Positions 1 to 11,224 of a DNA stretch of 64,000 nt are shown in pieces. A model generated the notes under the pieces. The model was not told where the DNA came from. It saw only the letters and a program-made list of their open reading frames with translations, and did not search any database. This stretch comes from Candidatus Velesiimonas alkalicola (GTDB taxonomy: Bacteria > Omnitrophota > Gorgyraeia > Velesiimonadales > Velesiimonadaceae), in NCBI GenBank assembly GCA_013626165.1, contig NDHX01000002.1:64639-128638 (forward strand). The letters are read 5' to 3'. A program made the translations under genes and the position numbers. Within the stretch, counting starts at the first letter, position 1; every line of letters starts with the position of its first letter.

Positions 1-151
1 CATATCTTTTCTTTAGACTTTTTAAGATATACATATTCCCCCAGAGCTTTATCTAAGCAAGGATAAAACAGACAGTAGCAAAATGTACAGTCCTGTAGTC
101 TCTTATGGCAGGGAAAATACTTACAGGCAGTGTTAATTCTTTTTATACTTT

Positions 152-1267
152 TTATGTTATGTATTCTCTTTTTATCCGGTTTTTTATACTGCATACTATC
201 TCATAAGGAATTGTTTTTGCAAATCCCGCAAGTTCTTCAGCAGAAACAATGTTCTGCTTCTGGTTCCCTAAAATCACTACTTCCGTTTTTTTAGTTATAG
301 ATGGAATATCTGTAACATCAATTATCGTCTGGTCCATACATACTCTTCCGAGAACCTTACACCTTTTCCCATGTACAAGTACACTTGAAAGATTTGAAAA
401 AAGTCTGTTATATCCGTTGGCATAACCAATAGGAAGTATTGCAATCTTCATTTTCTTTGGTGTTATAAATGTATGTCCATATGAAATCCCTTTTCCTTTT
501 TCAATATCTTTTATAAACATCGGATATGTTATCCATTTCATTGCAGGATAAAAAAGATTTCTATATTTCTTATCCTTGCAGGGAGATAACCCATAAAGTG
601 TAAGACCGGGTCTTACCATATCAAATTCTGCTTCCGGAAACTTTAATATACCTGCACTGTTTAAAAGATGACAGATAGGCGGTTTCAAACCTTTCTCTTG
701 AAGAAGGCTGACAACTTGTGAAAATCTGTTTATCTGTTCTTTAGAAACCACTTTTTTTATACTATCAGCACAGGCTAAATGGCTATATATTCCCTCTAAA
801 TAAACCTTCTTGATTTTTTTTATACCTTCAACAATCTTTAATGCATCCTTATACCAGTGTCCAAGTCTTCCCATCCCGGTATCAATTTTAAGATGAAGAT
901 TTACAATGAGATTTTTATTTTTTAAGGTTTTTGCAATATCCTCTGCATCCTTTACATCACACACACTCAAAGACACACTGTTTTTTGCTGCTGTATATGA
1001 AAATTCCGGATGAACAATAGCAAATATAAGAATTGGAGTTCTTATATTATTTGTTCTTAACTGTATTGACTCATCAGCACTTGATACACCAAAAAAATCA
1101 ACCTTATTCTTTAAAAAATTAGCAAGCCCCAAAAGCCCATGCCCATATGCATTTGCTTTGATTACTGCCATAACCTTTGTGTTTTTAGAAATCCTTGATA
1201 TTAAAAAATTCAGATTTTTCTCCACTGCTGTAAGGTCTATTATTATTTTGGTTTGACAAATTTCCAT
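152..1267 (-). CDS. alr: Alanine racemase
   Basis: AVIKANAYGHG PLP-lysine motif, HLKIDTGMGRLG, MVRPGLTLYG, GRVCMDQ, TIPYEIVC. Confidence 0.97.
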   Translation of the reverse strand: MEICQTKIIIDLTAVEKNLNFLISRISKNTKVMAVIKANAYGHGLLGLANFLKNKVDFFGVSSADESIQLRTNNIRTPILIFAIVHPEFSYTAAKNSVSLSVCDVKDAEDIAKTLKNKNLIVNLHLKIDTGMGRLGHWYKDALKIVEGIKKIKKVYLEGIYSHLACADSIKKVVSKEQINRFSQVVSLLQEKGLKPPICHLLNSAGILKFPEAEFDMVRPGLTLYGLSPCKDKKYRNLFYPAMKWITYPMFIKDIEKGKGISYGHTFITPKKMKIAILPIGYANGYNRLFSNLSSVLVHGKRCKVLGRVCMDQTIIDVTDIPSITKKTEVVILGNQKQNIVSAEELAGFAKTIPYEIVCSIKNRIKREYIT

Positions 1268-1544
1268 ACATTAATCTCAAGATGGGACCTTACCAGAACG
1301 GATTTGTTTAAGATGTGATAAAAAAACAGTTGACGGTTTCTTTAAGTTCATTAAGACTACCTGATTTTACTATTACAGTTTTTACATTATATTCTATTTC
1401 TGTGAGTGCTCATTTACACGGTCTTTTTAAGTTTTGATTATCTTCAACAATAGTTTCTGTTCCTTTTTTTAATGGTAAGAGTATAACATATTTTTTCTAA
1501 AAAAACAAGATAAAATAAAAATTTTTCAGTATATAATACTATCT

Positions 1545-2465
1545 ATGAAAAAAATAAATATTGCTGTAATAGGGCTTGGACACCTAGGTTCTGTTCATAC
1601 TGATATATATTCAAATATAAAGGATGTAAAACTTGTGGGTGTGTGCGATATAAATCCTCAAAAAGTATCGGAGTTCACAAAAAAATATAATATACAAGGG
1701 TGTACAGATATAAGATACCTGTTTGACAAAGTTGATGCGGTAAGTATTGTTGTCCCTACTGTTTGCCATTATAAGGTTGCGTATCCGTTTTTAGAAAGAG
1801 GCATTCCCGTTTTTCTTGAAAAACCTATGACAGCAACACCTGAACAGGCTTTATCTTTATTTAATATCACTAAAAAAACAAATACAATCCTGCAGATAGG
1901 ACATATTGAAAGGTTTAATCCTGCTATACAATTTATAAGAAAGGTTACAAAAAATCCCCGCTTTGTTGAATGCCACAGACTTGCCCCTTACAGACCAAGA
2001 GGCACAGATGTAAGCGTAATTCTTGACCTTATGATACATGATATTGATATTATTCTTACTCTGATAAATTCTAAAATTAGAAAAATAAATGCTGTTGGAA
2101 CCCCTGTTCTTTCTAAAGAAGAGGATATTGCAAATGTAAGGATTGAGTTTGAAAATGGTGCTGTTGCAAATCTTACAGCAAGCAGAATCTCTTCCAAGTC
2201 TATGAGAAAAATAAGACTCTTTGAACGCAATATGTATATAAGTATTGATTATAGTGCGCAAACCGCAGTCTTATACAAAAAGGTAAATAATCAGATCCTG
2301 AAAAAAGATATACCAATACAAAAAGAACAGCCACTCCAAAAAGAAATAGTGTCTTTTATAAATTGTGTAAGAAATAAGACACAGCCTGTGGTATCTGGTA
2401 AAGAGGGCTTTGAAGCAGTAAAACTTGCATTCAAAATAATAAGGAATATCAGAAGAAATGGATAA
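1545..2465 (+). CDS. Gfo/Idh/MocA-family NAD-dependent oxidoreductase, GnnA-like (putative UDP-GlcNAc 3-dehydrogenase)
   Basis: GxGxxG fold (VIGLGHLG), LEKP, GHIERFNPA, DLMIHDID, ANLTASR; overlaps the lpxB start. Confidence 0.8.
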   Translation: MKKINIAVIGLGHLGSVHTDIYSNIKDVKLVGVCDINPQKVSEFTKKYNIQGCTDIRYLFDKVDAVSIVVPTVCHYKVAYPFLERGIPVFLEKPMTATPEQALSLFNITKKTNTILQIGHIERFNPAIQFIRKVTKNPRFVECHRLAPYRPRGTDVSVILDLMIHDIDIILTLINSKIRKINAVGTPVLSKEEDIANVRIEFENGAVANLTASRISSKSMRKIRLFERNMYISIDYSAQTAVLYKKVNNQILKKDIPIQKEQPLQKEIVSFINCVRNKTQPVVSGKEGFEAVKLAFKIIRNIRRNG

Positions 2466-3600
2466 AAAGATTTTTTTTATCTCCGGCGAGGCATCAGGGG
2501 ACCTGTTGGCAGGTTTTCTTATAAAAGAATTAATTAGTCTTGACCCATCAGTAAAAATAAGGGGGATCGGCGGGGAAAGAATGAAAAGCCAGGGGATGGA
2601 TGTTATTCTGCCGGTGGAAAAATTAGGTGTAACAGGTTTTCTTGAAGTTATAGGTAAGATAAATCTTTTGAAGTTCGCTTTTAATAAATGTATAAAAGAC
2701 TTTGAAAAAGAAAAACCTGATGCCGTTGTTCTTGTTGATTATCCTGGTTTTAATTTAAGAATTGCAAGAGAGGCAAAAAAAAGGAACATTCCGGTAATAT
2801 ATTTTATAAGCCCGCAAGTATGGGCGTGGGGCATAAAAAGAATTGGACTTATAAAAAAATATGTAGACCTTATGATAGTTGTATTCAGATTTGAAGAACA
2901 GATATACAAAAAACATAATATCCCTGTAAGATTTGTAGGTCACCCATTGCTTGATATTGTAAAACCAGAACACAACAGAACACTTTTCAGAAAGATAAAT
3001 AATATTCCGCAAGGTACAAATGTTGTGGCAATACTTCCCGGCTCTCGTTCAAATGAAATCAATAAGATCTTACCTGTATTTCTATCTTCTGCAGAGATCA
3101 TAAAAAAAGAATTTCAAGATTCTATATTTTTTATTGCCCAATCGCCGTTTCTTAAAAAAGATATATATCAGAAATACTTACAAAAACACAACCTACCGGT
3201 AATAATAAGCGGCTCAACATATGACATACTGAATGCATCGGATTTTGCACTTGTTTGTTCAGGCACAGCAACGCTTGAAACAGCAATAATCAACACCCCT
3301 ATGATTGTGGCATATAAACTGTCTTTTTTAAGTTTTCTTATTGCAAAAAACCTTGTTAAAATAAAAAATATTGCAATGGTGAATGTGGTCGCAGAGAAAA
3401 AAATAGTAGATGAGTATGTTCAAGGCCGAGCAACACAAGAAAACATAGCAAGACGGGCTATAGCAATATTAAAAGACAAAGAAATATACACAAAGATTAA
3501 AAATGATTTAAAAAATGTGAAAGATATGTTAGGCCAAGGTGGTGCCTGTAAAGAGGCTGCAAAAGAGATTGTAGATTTTCTTAACAAACAGGTATGTTAG
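2458..3600 (+). CDS. lpxB: Lipid-A-disaccharide synthase
   Basis: GEASGD, VDYPGFN, SPQVWAW, FVGHPL, LPGSRxxE, SGTATLE. Confidence 0.97.
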   Translation: MDKKIFFISGEASGDLLAGFLIKELISLDPSVKIRGIGGERMKSQGMDVILPVEKLGVTGFLEVIGKINLLKFAFNKCIKDFEKEKPDAVVLVDYPGFNLRIAREAKKRNIPVIYFISPQVWAWGIKRIGLIKKYVDLMIVVFRFEEQIYKKHNIPVRFVGHPLLDIVKPEHNRTLFRKINNIPQGTNVVAILPGSRSNEINKILPVFLSSAEIIKKEFQDSIFFIAQSPFLKKDIYQKYLQKHNLPVIISGSTYDILNASDFALVCSGTATLETAIINTPMIVAYKLSFLSFLIAKNLVKIKNIAMVNVVAEKKIVDEYVQGRATQENIARRAIAILKDKEIYTKIKNDLKNVKDMLGQGGACKEAAKEIVDFLNKQVC

Positions 3601-3602
3601 GG

Positions 3603-4511
3603 CTATAATATTTTGTCAATCTCTTCTACAAGTTTTAAATCCTCTTCAATACTTCTTCCTTTTAGTGTAAGATACCCGCCTATGAGCATACCATTTGCAC
3701 CGGACATAAATCCCAGGGCTTGAAAATCTTTTAGTATGGTTTCTCTTCCTGCTGCAATCTTTATTATTTTATCTTTTAAGATTATACGAAACATTGCAAT
3801 CGTCCTTATTGCATCAGAACAGGACAAAGGAGCCGCATCCTGTAAGGCAGTGCCCTTTATCGGAACAAGTATATTCAACGGAACAGAATCTACATCCATT
3901 TTTTTCAAAGTCAGAGCCATTGATATCCTATCTTCCCAATCTTCACCCATGCCTATTATCCCGCCACTGCAAACCTGTAATCCAACGGATTTTGCCGCTG
4001 TTATTGTATCAATCCTTTCCTGAAATGTATGTGTGCTTACAATATTTTTAAAATATCTTTCTGATGTTTCTATATTATGATGATACCTTGAAAGCCCGGC
4101 ACTTTTTAAAATTGCAAGTTCATCTTTTCTTAATTTCCCAAGAGAAGCGCATATATCTATACGGATAGATTTTTTAATCTCACATACTGCATCTACAACA
4201 TTTTTCAATTCTTGTTTTGAAAGACTGTTGCCGCTTGCGACAATATCAAATCTATGTGCTCCTATTTTTTTTGCTACCCTTGCAGACTCTAAAATCTCTT
4301 CTTTACTTTTTAAAGGATATACAGAAACACCCGTGGAATGATGGCAGGATTGAGCACAAAACTTACAATCTTCACTGCAGATACCTGACTTGGCATTCAT
4401 TATATTGCAAAGTTCTATCTTTGAATTAGAATATTTTCTTCTGATATTATCTGCAATATGCACAACCTCAGATAGAGGCAAATTTACATATTTTATAAAT
4501 TCATCATACAC
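3603..4511 (-). CDS. bioB: Biotin synthase (radical SAM)
   Basis: NAKSGxCSEDCKFCAQS, YHHNIET, VCSGGIIGMGE, VPLN, GGYLT. Confidence 0.93.
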   Translation of the reverse strand: MYDEFIKYVNLPLSEVVHIADNIRRKYSNSKIELCNIMNAKSGICSEDCKFCAQSCHHSTGVSVYPLKSKEEILESARVAKKIGAHRFDIVASGNSLSKQELKNVVDAVCEIKKSIRIDICASLGKLRKDELAILKSAGLSRYHHNIETSERYFKNIVSTHTFQERIDTITAAKSVGLQVCSGGIIGMGEDWEDRISMALTLKKMDVDSVPLNILVPIKGTALQDAAPLSCSDAIRTIAMFRIILKDKIIKIAAGRETILKDFQALGFMSGANGMLIGGYLTLKGRSIEEDLKLVEEIDKIL

Positions 4512-5278
4512 AGTATCTTCCCCAGTTTCTTCCTGTGTTCCTCACACAATCCAACACCCCTTTGTAATTGACATTCTAACATTTCTTTCTGCCAGTGAGC
4601 ATTGTAGAGTCTACACATTTTATCGGAACAAAAAGGCTCTCCTGTCCAATGAAAGAATATGGCCTGTAAGATATAACCAGGAATAATTTTATTTATCCTT
4701 TTATCATCAATTAACAGATAGTTTTTTTCTAAAACTTTTTCTAAACCTGCATCAAGAGCAGGACTTACTTTTGACAAGGCAAATTTTATTCTGTAATAGG
4801 AAGAAACTTTTGCAGGGCCTTCAACAAGGCCCGTGGTTGAGACAATAGCGGGATTCCCAAGAATTATTGTTCTTGCATGATACCTTCCATCCTGTCCCAT
4901 TGTGCACATCAGCCTATCAGTAATATATATAAACAAGAAAGGGTCATTATATATTTTTCTTAATATGTGTTGAAACATAAAACCATCATATAATAACCCT
5001 TTTAATACCTGTGTCTTTTTTGTTAAAATTCTGTATTCAAGACTTATCTCTGCTGGAAAAGGCTTTTGTTTGGGATTGCTCATTTTAGCAATATCCGTTA
5101 TTCTGCATAGCGCAATCCTGCATGCCAGTTCTTCTGATATAAAAGGTTTCAGGATTTCATCTTTTATCGCAAAATTAAATGATTTTAAGTATTTTTTACA
5201 TCTTTTTGTTATATCGGACAGAATTATATTCTTCCAACATCCGTCATACTGAATTATAGTTTTACTTTTTTTCTTCAT
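4493..5278 (-). CDS. Conserved hypothetical protein with a C-terminal Cys/His cluster (resembles DUF6775 putative metallopeptidases)
   Basis: 261-aa ORF overlapping both neighbours; [28 protein letters not shown]...LCEEH; family recalled from memory, not searched. Confidence 0.6.
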   Translation of the reverse strand: MKKKSKTIIQYDGCWKNIILSDITKRCKKYLKSFNFAIKDEILKPFISEELACRIALCRITDIAKMSNPKQKPFPAEISLEYRILTKKTQVLKGLLYDGFMFQHILRKIYNDPFLFIYITDRLMCTMGQDGRYHARTIILGNPAIVSTTGLVEGPAKVSSYYRIKFALSKVSPALDAGLEKVLEKNYLLIDDKRINKIIPGYILQAIFFHWTGEPFCSDKMCRLYNAHWQKEMLECQLQRGVGLCEEHRKKLGKILCMMNL

Positions 5279-6062
5279 TCAGAAGTTTCAATATAACCTC
5301 TGCGGCCTTTTTCCCTGAAAGAAGCATGCCTCCGAATGTCGGCCCCATTCTGGGAAGACCGTAGGCTGTTGAAACTGCCATACCGCTTACAACAAGGCCG
5401 GGGTGAATCTCTCCAGTGTGTTCAACAATAAGATCTTCTGACATTTCAACCCACATTGCGCCATATCCTTTTGTTTTTATTATTTCTCTTTCTTCAAGTT
5501 TTTTTATAACAACTGCATCGTGTCCGCTTGCATCAAGAACCACTTTTGACTCAAGGCCAACAGGGTCTACACAGGTAATCTGTCTTGGCAAGGCCTGAAC
5601 AGGTGTCCAGTTTATAACTGCACCACACACCCTGTTATCCTGCCTGACAACCACATCTTCAAACACAGTCATATTTGCAAACTTTACACCCGCATCACAA
5701 GCTGCCGCAATTAATTTTGAACATGCATAAGGACCATCTGCAACAAAAAGCCCTTTAATTACTTCTTTGTGAGGGATTTTAAGTTCTTTAAGAACCTTCT
5801 GGGCTGGCGCTCTTACTGTAAGTTTGTTCATAAGATACCCACCTATCCAAAAGCCACCTCCTAAATAATTGTTTCTTTCTACAATAAAAACCTTTTTCTT
5901 TTTTGCGGCAAGTTCTTTTCCAGCCATAAGCCCGCTTGGGCCCGCTCCAACAATCAGGCAATCGCTTTCTATGTGCTCCTTAAACTCATCTGCAAATTCC
6001 CCAACAATTGCTCTTGTGATTTCTTTTTCACCAACCGCACTAAATAAAGCCTTTTTCACCAT
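5262..6062 (-). CDS. thi4: Thi4-family thiazole synthase (Cys-type)
   Basis: [44 protein letters not shown]; start moved to ATG 6062 behind SD AGGAGG (track start 6095). Confidence 0.93.
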   Translation of the reverse strand: MVKKALFSAVGEKEITRAIVGEFADEFKEHIESDCLIVGAGPSGLMAGKELAAKKKKVFIVERNNYLGGGFWIGGYLMNKLTVRAPAQKVLKELKIPHKEVIKGLFVADGPYACSKLIAAACDAGVKFANMTVFEDVVVRQDNRVCGAVINWTPVQALPRQITCVDPVGLESKVVLDASGHDAVVIKKLEEREIIKTKGYGAMWVEMSEDLIVEHTGEIHPGLVVSGMAVSTAYGLPRMGPTFGGMLLSGKKAAEVILKLLNEEKK

Positions 6063-6073
6063 AACCCTCCTTT

Positions 6074-9000
6074 CTATAAATTTGCACCACAACATTTCTT
6101 ATATTTTTTCCCGCTTCCGCAAGGGCAGGGGTCGTTCCTGCCAACCTTGGGTGTTTGTCTTTTATATTGAGAAGAACCTGCAAGGGTGATGGGAATATTC
6201 TCCGTAAGTGCTGTTCTGGTGGATTTACCAACAGCAGGGGCAAATTCTTTTTCTTTTCCAAAATGCAATGTTTGCGGATGCAAAAATTGTCTTATAAGAC
6301 TTACAGGCATTTTTTCAGATACCATAAATGATTTAAATACCCTGACTATTATTTCTAATTTCATCTGCTTTAAAAGTTCTGAAAACATAGAATGCGCCTC
6401 GTGCTTGTATTCTATAAGCGGGTCTCTCTGTCCATATGCCCTTAAACTTACTCCTTCTCTGAGTCCATCCATTGCATAAAGATGCTCTTTCCACTTCATA
6501 TCAATAACTGTAAGCATGGACATCTTCTCTATAAAACGCATGCTATCAGAACCTATGAGTTTTTCTTTTTCATCATAAGCAGAATGCGCGATATTAACAA
6601 TATGTTCAAATATGCCTTCCCTGTCTTTTTCTTTTAAGTCCTCAGATTTAAGACTTACGGGAAAATGGGCTCTTATTCTTTGCACAAGTTCTTCAATATT
6701 TTCTATTTCTTTTTCATCAGGTAAATATTCAAAAATTATTTCTTCTATTGCCTCATCTATCATATTGAGTATGTGGAGTTTTAAATTATTTTCTTCAAGT
6801 GCAATCCTTCTTTCTTCATATATAACTTCTCTTTGACGATTCATCACATTGTCATATTCAAGAAGTCTTTTTCTTATTTCAAAGTTCTGTGTTTCTACTC
6901 TTTTCTGTGCAATTCCGATCGAACGTGTAACTATACCGTGTGCAATCTGTTGTCCATCTTCCACACCCATACGGCTCATAAGACCTGATATCCTGTCAGA
7001 GCCAAAAAGTCTCATAAGGTCATCTTCCAAAGAAAGATAAAATCTTGAAGAGCCCGGATCTCCCTGTCTTCCAGAACGTCCTCTTAACTGTCTATCTATC
7101 CTTCTTGCTTCATGTCTTTCGGTTCCAACAATTGCAAGACCTAAATTATAATCCATAACTGCCTCTTGTTTTTTATTAACGCCTCTGCCAAACCTTGCAA
7201 CCATTGGTTTTTTGTTAGTATTAAAATTTACACTTATTCCATCTGGTTCTAAACTTTTAATAGCCTTTTTGAATACTCCCGTTTCAATGTCTGTCCAGAC
7301 ATTTACAGATATGTTTGTATTGTTTAAAGACTTTTTAACCTGTTCTATGACAGCACAAGAAACAGTCTCTGAAAGACGGGAATCTAACCTTATATCTGTT
7401 CCTCTTCCTGCCATATTTGTCGCTATCGTAACAGAACCAATCTGACCTGCCTTTGCAATAATATGTGCTTCTTGTTGATGATATTTTGCATTAAGAACAT
7501 TATGAGAAATACCGCGCCTTCTTAACATCCTGCTTAATGTTTCAGAGACCTCAACTGATACAGTTCCCACAAGAACAGGTCTTTTTATATTGTAAAGATA
7601 TGCAATCTCATCTATTGCCGCATTGTACTTTTCCCTTTTTGTTTTGTAAATTACATCATCATAATCCTTTCTTACCATCGGCTTGTGTGTGGGTATGACA
7701 ACAACATCAAGTTTATATATTTCCCAGAACTCCTGTGCCTCTGTTTCGGCGGTTCCTGTCATACCGGCAAGTTTTTTATACATTCTAAAATAATTCTGCA
7801 ATGTAATCGTTGCAAGTGTCTGTGTTTCTCTTTCAATTGTAACAGATTCCTTTGCTTCAAGTGCCTCATGAAGCCCGTCACTGTATCTTCTTCCCGGCAT
7901 AAGACGGCCTGTGAACTCATCAACTATTATAACCTTACCATCCTGTATCACATATTCAACATCTTTCTCAAAAAGTGTATATGCCTTTAACAATTGTGAG
8001 ATATTATGTATTCTTTCTCCTTTTACAAGAGATTCCTGTTCAAGGCTTGTTCTTTTCTGGATTTTTTGTTCAGGGGTTAAAGATTTTTCAGACTCAAGTA
8101 TAGCAATCTCTTCATGTATATCTGAAAGCACAAACATATTTGGATCGTTGGGAGAAATCTCTCTTCTTCCTTGTTCAGAAAGATCCGCACTGTGCCCTTT
8201 TTCATCTATTGCGAAAAACAGGTCCTCATCCAGGGTATGAAGTTTCTTATCTCTTATAAAATCAAGTTCTACCTTTCCCATTAAATCTATATTTTTTTTA
8301 TCCTGCAACAACTTCATAAGTTTTTTATTTTTGGGAGCACCTCTTTTTGCCTGAAGCAGTTTTATACCTGCCTCGTAATTTTTCTCCGATGATAATAATT
8401 CCTCTGCCTGTGCAATTATATTGTTCACCAGAAGAGTTTGTTTTTTTACAATTCTTTCAACAGGGCCCTTTAGTTCATGGTACTTATGCGTTGAAACCTC
8501 AACAGGACCTGAAATAATAAGAGGTGTTCTCGCCTCATCAATAAGAACAGAGTCCACCTCATCAACTATTGCAAAAATATGTCCCCTCTGGACCCTGTCC
8601 TCTATCCTGGTTGCCATATTATCTCTTAAATAATCAAAACCAAATTCATTGTTTGTTCCATATGTAATATCACAATCATATTGAACCTTTCTTTGTGATG
8701 GCTCCATCTGGTTTTGTATACACCCAACAGTCAGCCCAAGAAACTCAAATATAGGTCCCATCCATTCTCTGTCACGCATTGCTAAATAATCGTTTACTGT
8801 TATAAGATGCGCACCCTTTCCAGTAAGAGCATTTAAGTACAAAGGCATAATAGCAGCAAGCGTTTTACCCTCACCTGTTGCCATTTCTGCAATTTTTCCC
8901 TCATTAAGTACTATTGCACCAATAATCTGGACATCAAAAGGAATCATATCCCACTTTGTTCCTATACCGCAAACATCCCATTCCCTTCCAACCATTCTTT

Positions 9001-9226
9001 TGCAGGCTTCTTTTACAACAACATATACCTCACACAGGATATCATCAAGGGTCTGACCTTGCTTTAGTCTGCTCTTAAACTCATCAGTTTTTGCCCTTAA
9101 ATGTTCATCTGAAAGATTTTTAATGCTATCTTCAAAAGACTTAACATTCTCTAATTTCTGATAAAGTCGTTTTAATTCTCTTGCATTTTTACTTGCAAAA
9201 ACCTTATGCATCAACCACTGCATCAT
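6074..9226 (-). CDS. secA: Preprotein translocase ATPase SecA
   Basis: [37 protein letters not shown]-terminal SEC-C motif [18 protein letters not shown]. Confidence 0.99.
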   Translation of the reverse strand: MMQWLMHKVFASKNARELKRLYQKLENVKSFEDSIKNLSDEHLRAKTDEFKSRLKQGQTLDDILCEVYVVVKEACKRMVGREWDVCGIGTKWDMIPFDVQIIGAIVLNEGKIAEMATGEGKTLAAIMPLYLNALTGKGAHLITVNDYLAMRDREWMGPIFEFLGLTVGCIQNQMEPSQRKVQYDCDITYGTNNEFGFDYLRDNMATRIEDRVQRGHIFAIVDEVDSVLIDEARTPLIISGPVEVSTHKYHELKGPVERIVKKQTLLVNNIIAQAEELLSSEKNYEAGIKLLQAKRGAPKNKKLMKLLQDKKNIDLMGKVELDFIRDKKLHTLDEDLFFAIDEKGHSADLSEQGRREISPNDPNMFVLSDIHEEIAILESEKSLTPEQKIQKRTSLEQESLVKGERIHNISQLLKAYTLFEKDVEYVIQDGKVIIVDEFTGRLMPGRRYSDGLHEALEAKESVTIERETQTLATITLQNYFRMYKKLAGMTGTAETEAQEFWEIYKLDVVVIPTHKPMVRKDYDDVIYKTKREKYNAAIDEIAYLYNIKRPVLVGTVSVEVSETLSRMLRRRGISHNVLNAKYHQQEAHIIAKAGQIGSVTIATNMAGRGTDIRLDSRLSETVSCAVIEQVKKSLNNTNISVNVWTDIETGVFKKAIKSLEPDGISVNFNTNKKPMVARFGRGVNKKQEAVMDYNLGLAIVGTERHEARRIDRQLRGRSGRQGDPGSSRFYLSLEDDLMRLFGSDRISGLMSRMGVEDGQQIAHGIVTRSIGIAQKRVETQNFEIRKRLLEYDNVMNRQREVIYEERRIALEENNLKLHILNMIDEAIEEIIFEYLPDEKEIENIEELVQRIRAHFPVSLKSEDLKEKDREGIFEHIVNIAHSAYDEKEKLIGSDSMRFIEKMSMLTVIDMKWKEHLYAMDGLREGVSLRAYGQRDPLIEYKHEAHSMFSELLKQMKLEIIVRVFKSFMVSEKMPVSLIRQFLHPQTLHFGKEKEFAPAVGKSTRTALTENIPITLAGSSQYKRQTPKVGRNDPCPCGSGKKYKKCCGANL

Positions 9227-9257
9227 AGTCTACTTTTTCCCCTTATTTCTTACCCTG

Positions 9258-10064
9258 TTACTTTGTTTTTAACAGTTTTCCTTCCCTTGATGCTGTGATA
9301 TAATTCATACAATACTCATCTTTTCCAAGCAATGTTCCCGCTGCTTTTATTGTTGCCATCATAAGCCTATCCATAGGGTCTATAAGTGCCGATGTTAGTC
9401 CTCTGTCTATTGCCATTGCAACAAACACCGCATTTAAAAGCCCTCTTTCAGGAAGTCCAAAAGATATGTTTGAAAGACCACAGGTTGTTTTTGCTCCTAA
9501 TTTTGTAATTTCTTCAACTGCGTTCAAAAATGCAAGTGCCTGCTCTTGTTCTGTGCTAACAGGACGAACCAATGGGTCAAAGTATATTCTTTCTTTTGCT
9601 ACCTTCTGCTCTTCACACATCTTTATTATTTTTTTTGCAATCTGTATTCTTTCATCTGCTGTATGGGGCATACCTGTTTCATCCATAGTAAGCGCCACAA
9701 CATCGCAATCAAAACACTGGACAATAGGAAGAATGAGCCTTATCCTTTCCCGTTCCGCTGTAATGGAGTTTACAAGATATTTTTTTCCATTTTTTTTAAC
9801 AAGTTCAAGTCCTTTTTCAAGAGCCTTTGGATTTGGACTATCTATACAAAGAGGAACATCTGAAACCTCTTGTACAATTTTTACAAGCCACTTCATATCT
9901 TCAACCTCTCTCCCAACATTTGTTCCACAATTTATATCCAACATATCAGCTCCTGCGGAAGTTTGTTTCAGAGCAAGGTTTTTTATAAACTCTTCATCTT
10001 TTTTTTCAACCGCCTCAAATACAGACTTTCTTGAAGTGTTTATCTTTTCACCTATTACTATCAT
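9258..10064 (-). CDS. Pterin-binding methyltetrahydrofolate:corrinoid methyltransferase (AcsE/MeTr-like)
   Basis: IGEKINT, GADMLDIN, PLCIDS, VNSITAE, DPLVRP, GLSNISFGLP. Confidence 0.85.
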   Translation of the reverse strand: MIVIGEKINTSRKSVFEAVEKKDEEFIKNLALKQTSAGADMLDINCGTNVGREVEDMKWLVKIVQEVSDVPLCIDSPNPKALEKGLELVKKNGKKYLVNSITAERERIRLILPIVQCFDCDVVALTMDETGMPHTADERIQIAKKIIKMCEEQKVAKERIYFDPLVRPVSTEQEQALAFLNAVEEITKLGAKTTCGLSNISFGLPERGLLNAVFVAMAIDRGLTSALIDPMDRLMMATIKAAGTLLGKDEYCMNYITASREGKLLKTK

Positions 10065-10206
10065 TTCTCCTCTTTGTTTTTAAGGGTCTTTGACCCTGTC
10101 TCGTTGGGGTCATGAAATCCTTAAACGTTGCACTTCCTGGTTAAATGTAGCAATCTAAAATTTCTAATTTCTCATATTCTAATCTAAAACTTAAAATCTA
10201 AAACTT

Positions 10207-11202
10207 CTAATTTCCTTTCCCTATCCCTAAATCCGGAACCGCCGTTAAATCCATTGAGCTAAATCTACCCTGCTTAAAGTACTCCATCCCAAGTGCTGCA
10301 ATCATAACTGCATTATCCCTGCAAAGTGAAACATCGGGGAAATAGATAGGTATCCCTATTTTTTTTGTTTCCTGTTCCAAGCATTTTCTTAATCTTTCAT
10401 TTGAAACAACACCCCCTCCACACACAAGGCTTTGGACACTGTCCTGTTTAACTGCATCAATAGTTTTTTTTACAATAGCGCCCACAACCGCCTCCTGAAA
10501 AGATGCGGCAATATCTGAAATGTGTTTTTTTACAGTATTTTTTGCATAATAAAGAACAGATGTTTTAAGGCCACTAAAACTAAAATTATATTTTTTTTCT
10601 AATTTTGCTATCGGAAACTTTATAGCATCCTTCTTTCCATTTTTTGCAGCCTCCTGTAATTTGGGTCCTCCCGGATAACCTAATTTCAATATCTTTGCTA
10701 CCTTATCAAAGGTCTCACCAGCGGCATCATCTATTGTTGAACCTATAAGTTCAAATCTTTTCCATGATTTTATATGGACAAGGCTTGTGTGACCTCCTGA
10801 TACAACGAGCCCAATACCGGGTATCTTCGGAGGATTTTTAGTCAAAAAACAGACCCACAGGTGTGCTTCTAAATGGTTTATACCAATCAACGGCTTTTTT
10901 GAAGCCCAGCAAAGCCCTTTTGCAAATGATACACCAACAAGCAAAGCCCCTGCAAGTCCTGGCCCATATGTTACTGCAACCGCATCAATATCTTCAATTT
11001 TGACATTAGCCTGTCTGAGAGATTCCTGAACAACAGGCCATATACATTCAATATGTGCCCTGCAGGCAATTTCAGGAACAACCCCGCCATATTTCTCATG
11101 TAATGTATCACTGGAACTTACAATATCAGACAGTATATTTTTTTCTTCTATAACCGCAGATGCTGTATCATCACAGGATGTTTCAACCCCTAATATCTTC
11201 AT
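10207..11202 (-). CDS. tsaD: tRNA N6-threonylcarbamoyladenosine synthase subunit
   Basis: LGVETSCDDT, GGVVPE, NHLEAH, VSGGHT, DDAAGExFDK, DNAVMIA. Confidence 0.97.
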   Translation of the reverse strand: MKILGVETSCDDTASAVIEEKNILSDIVSSSDTLHEKYGGVVPEIACRAHIECIWPVVQESLRQANVKIEDIDAVAVTYGPGLAGALLVGVSFAKGLCWASKKPLIGINHLEAHLWVCFLTKNPPKIPGIGLVVSGGHTSLVHIKSWKRFELIGSTIDDAAGETFDKVAKILKLGYPGGPKLQEAAKNGKKDAIKFPIAKLEKKYNFSFSGLKTSVLYYAKNTVKKHISDIAASFQEAVVGAIVKKTIDAVKQDSVQSLVCGGGVVSNERLRKCLEQETKKIGIPIYFPDVSLCRDNAVMIAALGMEYFKQGRFSSMDLTAVPDLGIGKGN

Positions 11203-11224
11203 AAAACCTTTTGTTTAGAGCCTG

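Noticed and set aside
10150-10206. Heptamer-like tracts (also about 35221-35240 and 61607-61632) as a functional array
   Set aside because: Short, degenerate and low-complexity, with no associated ORF; probably repeat remnants
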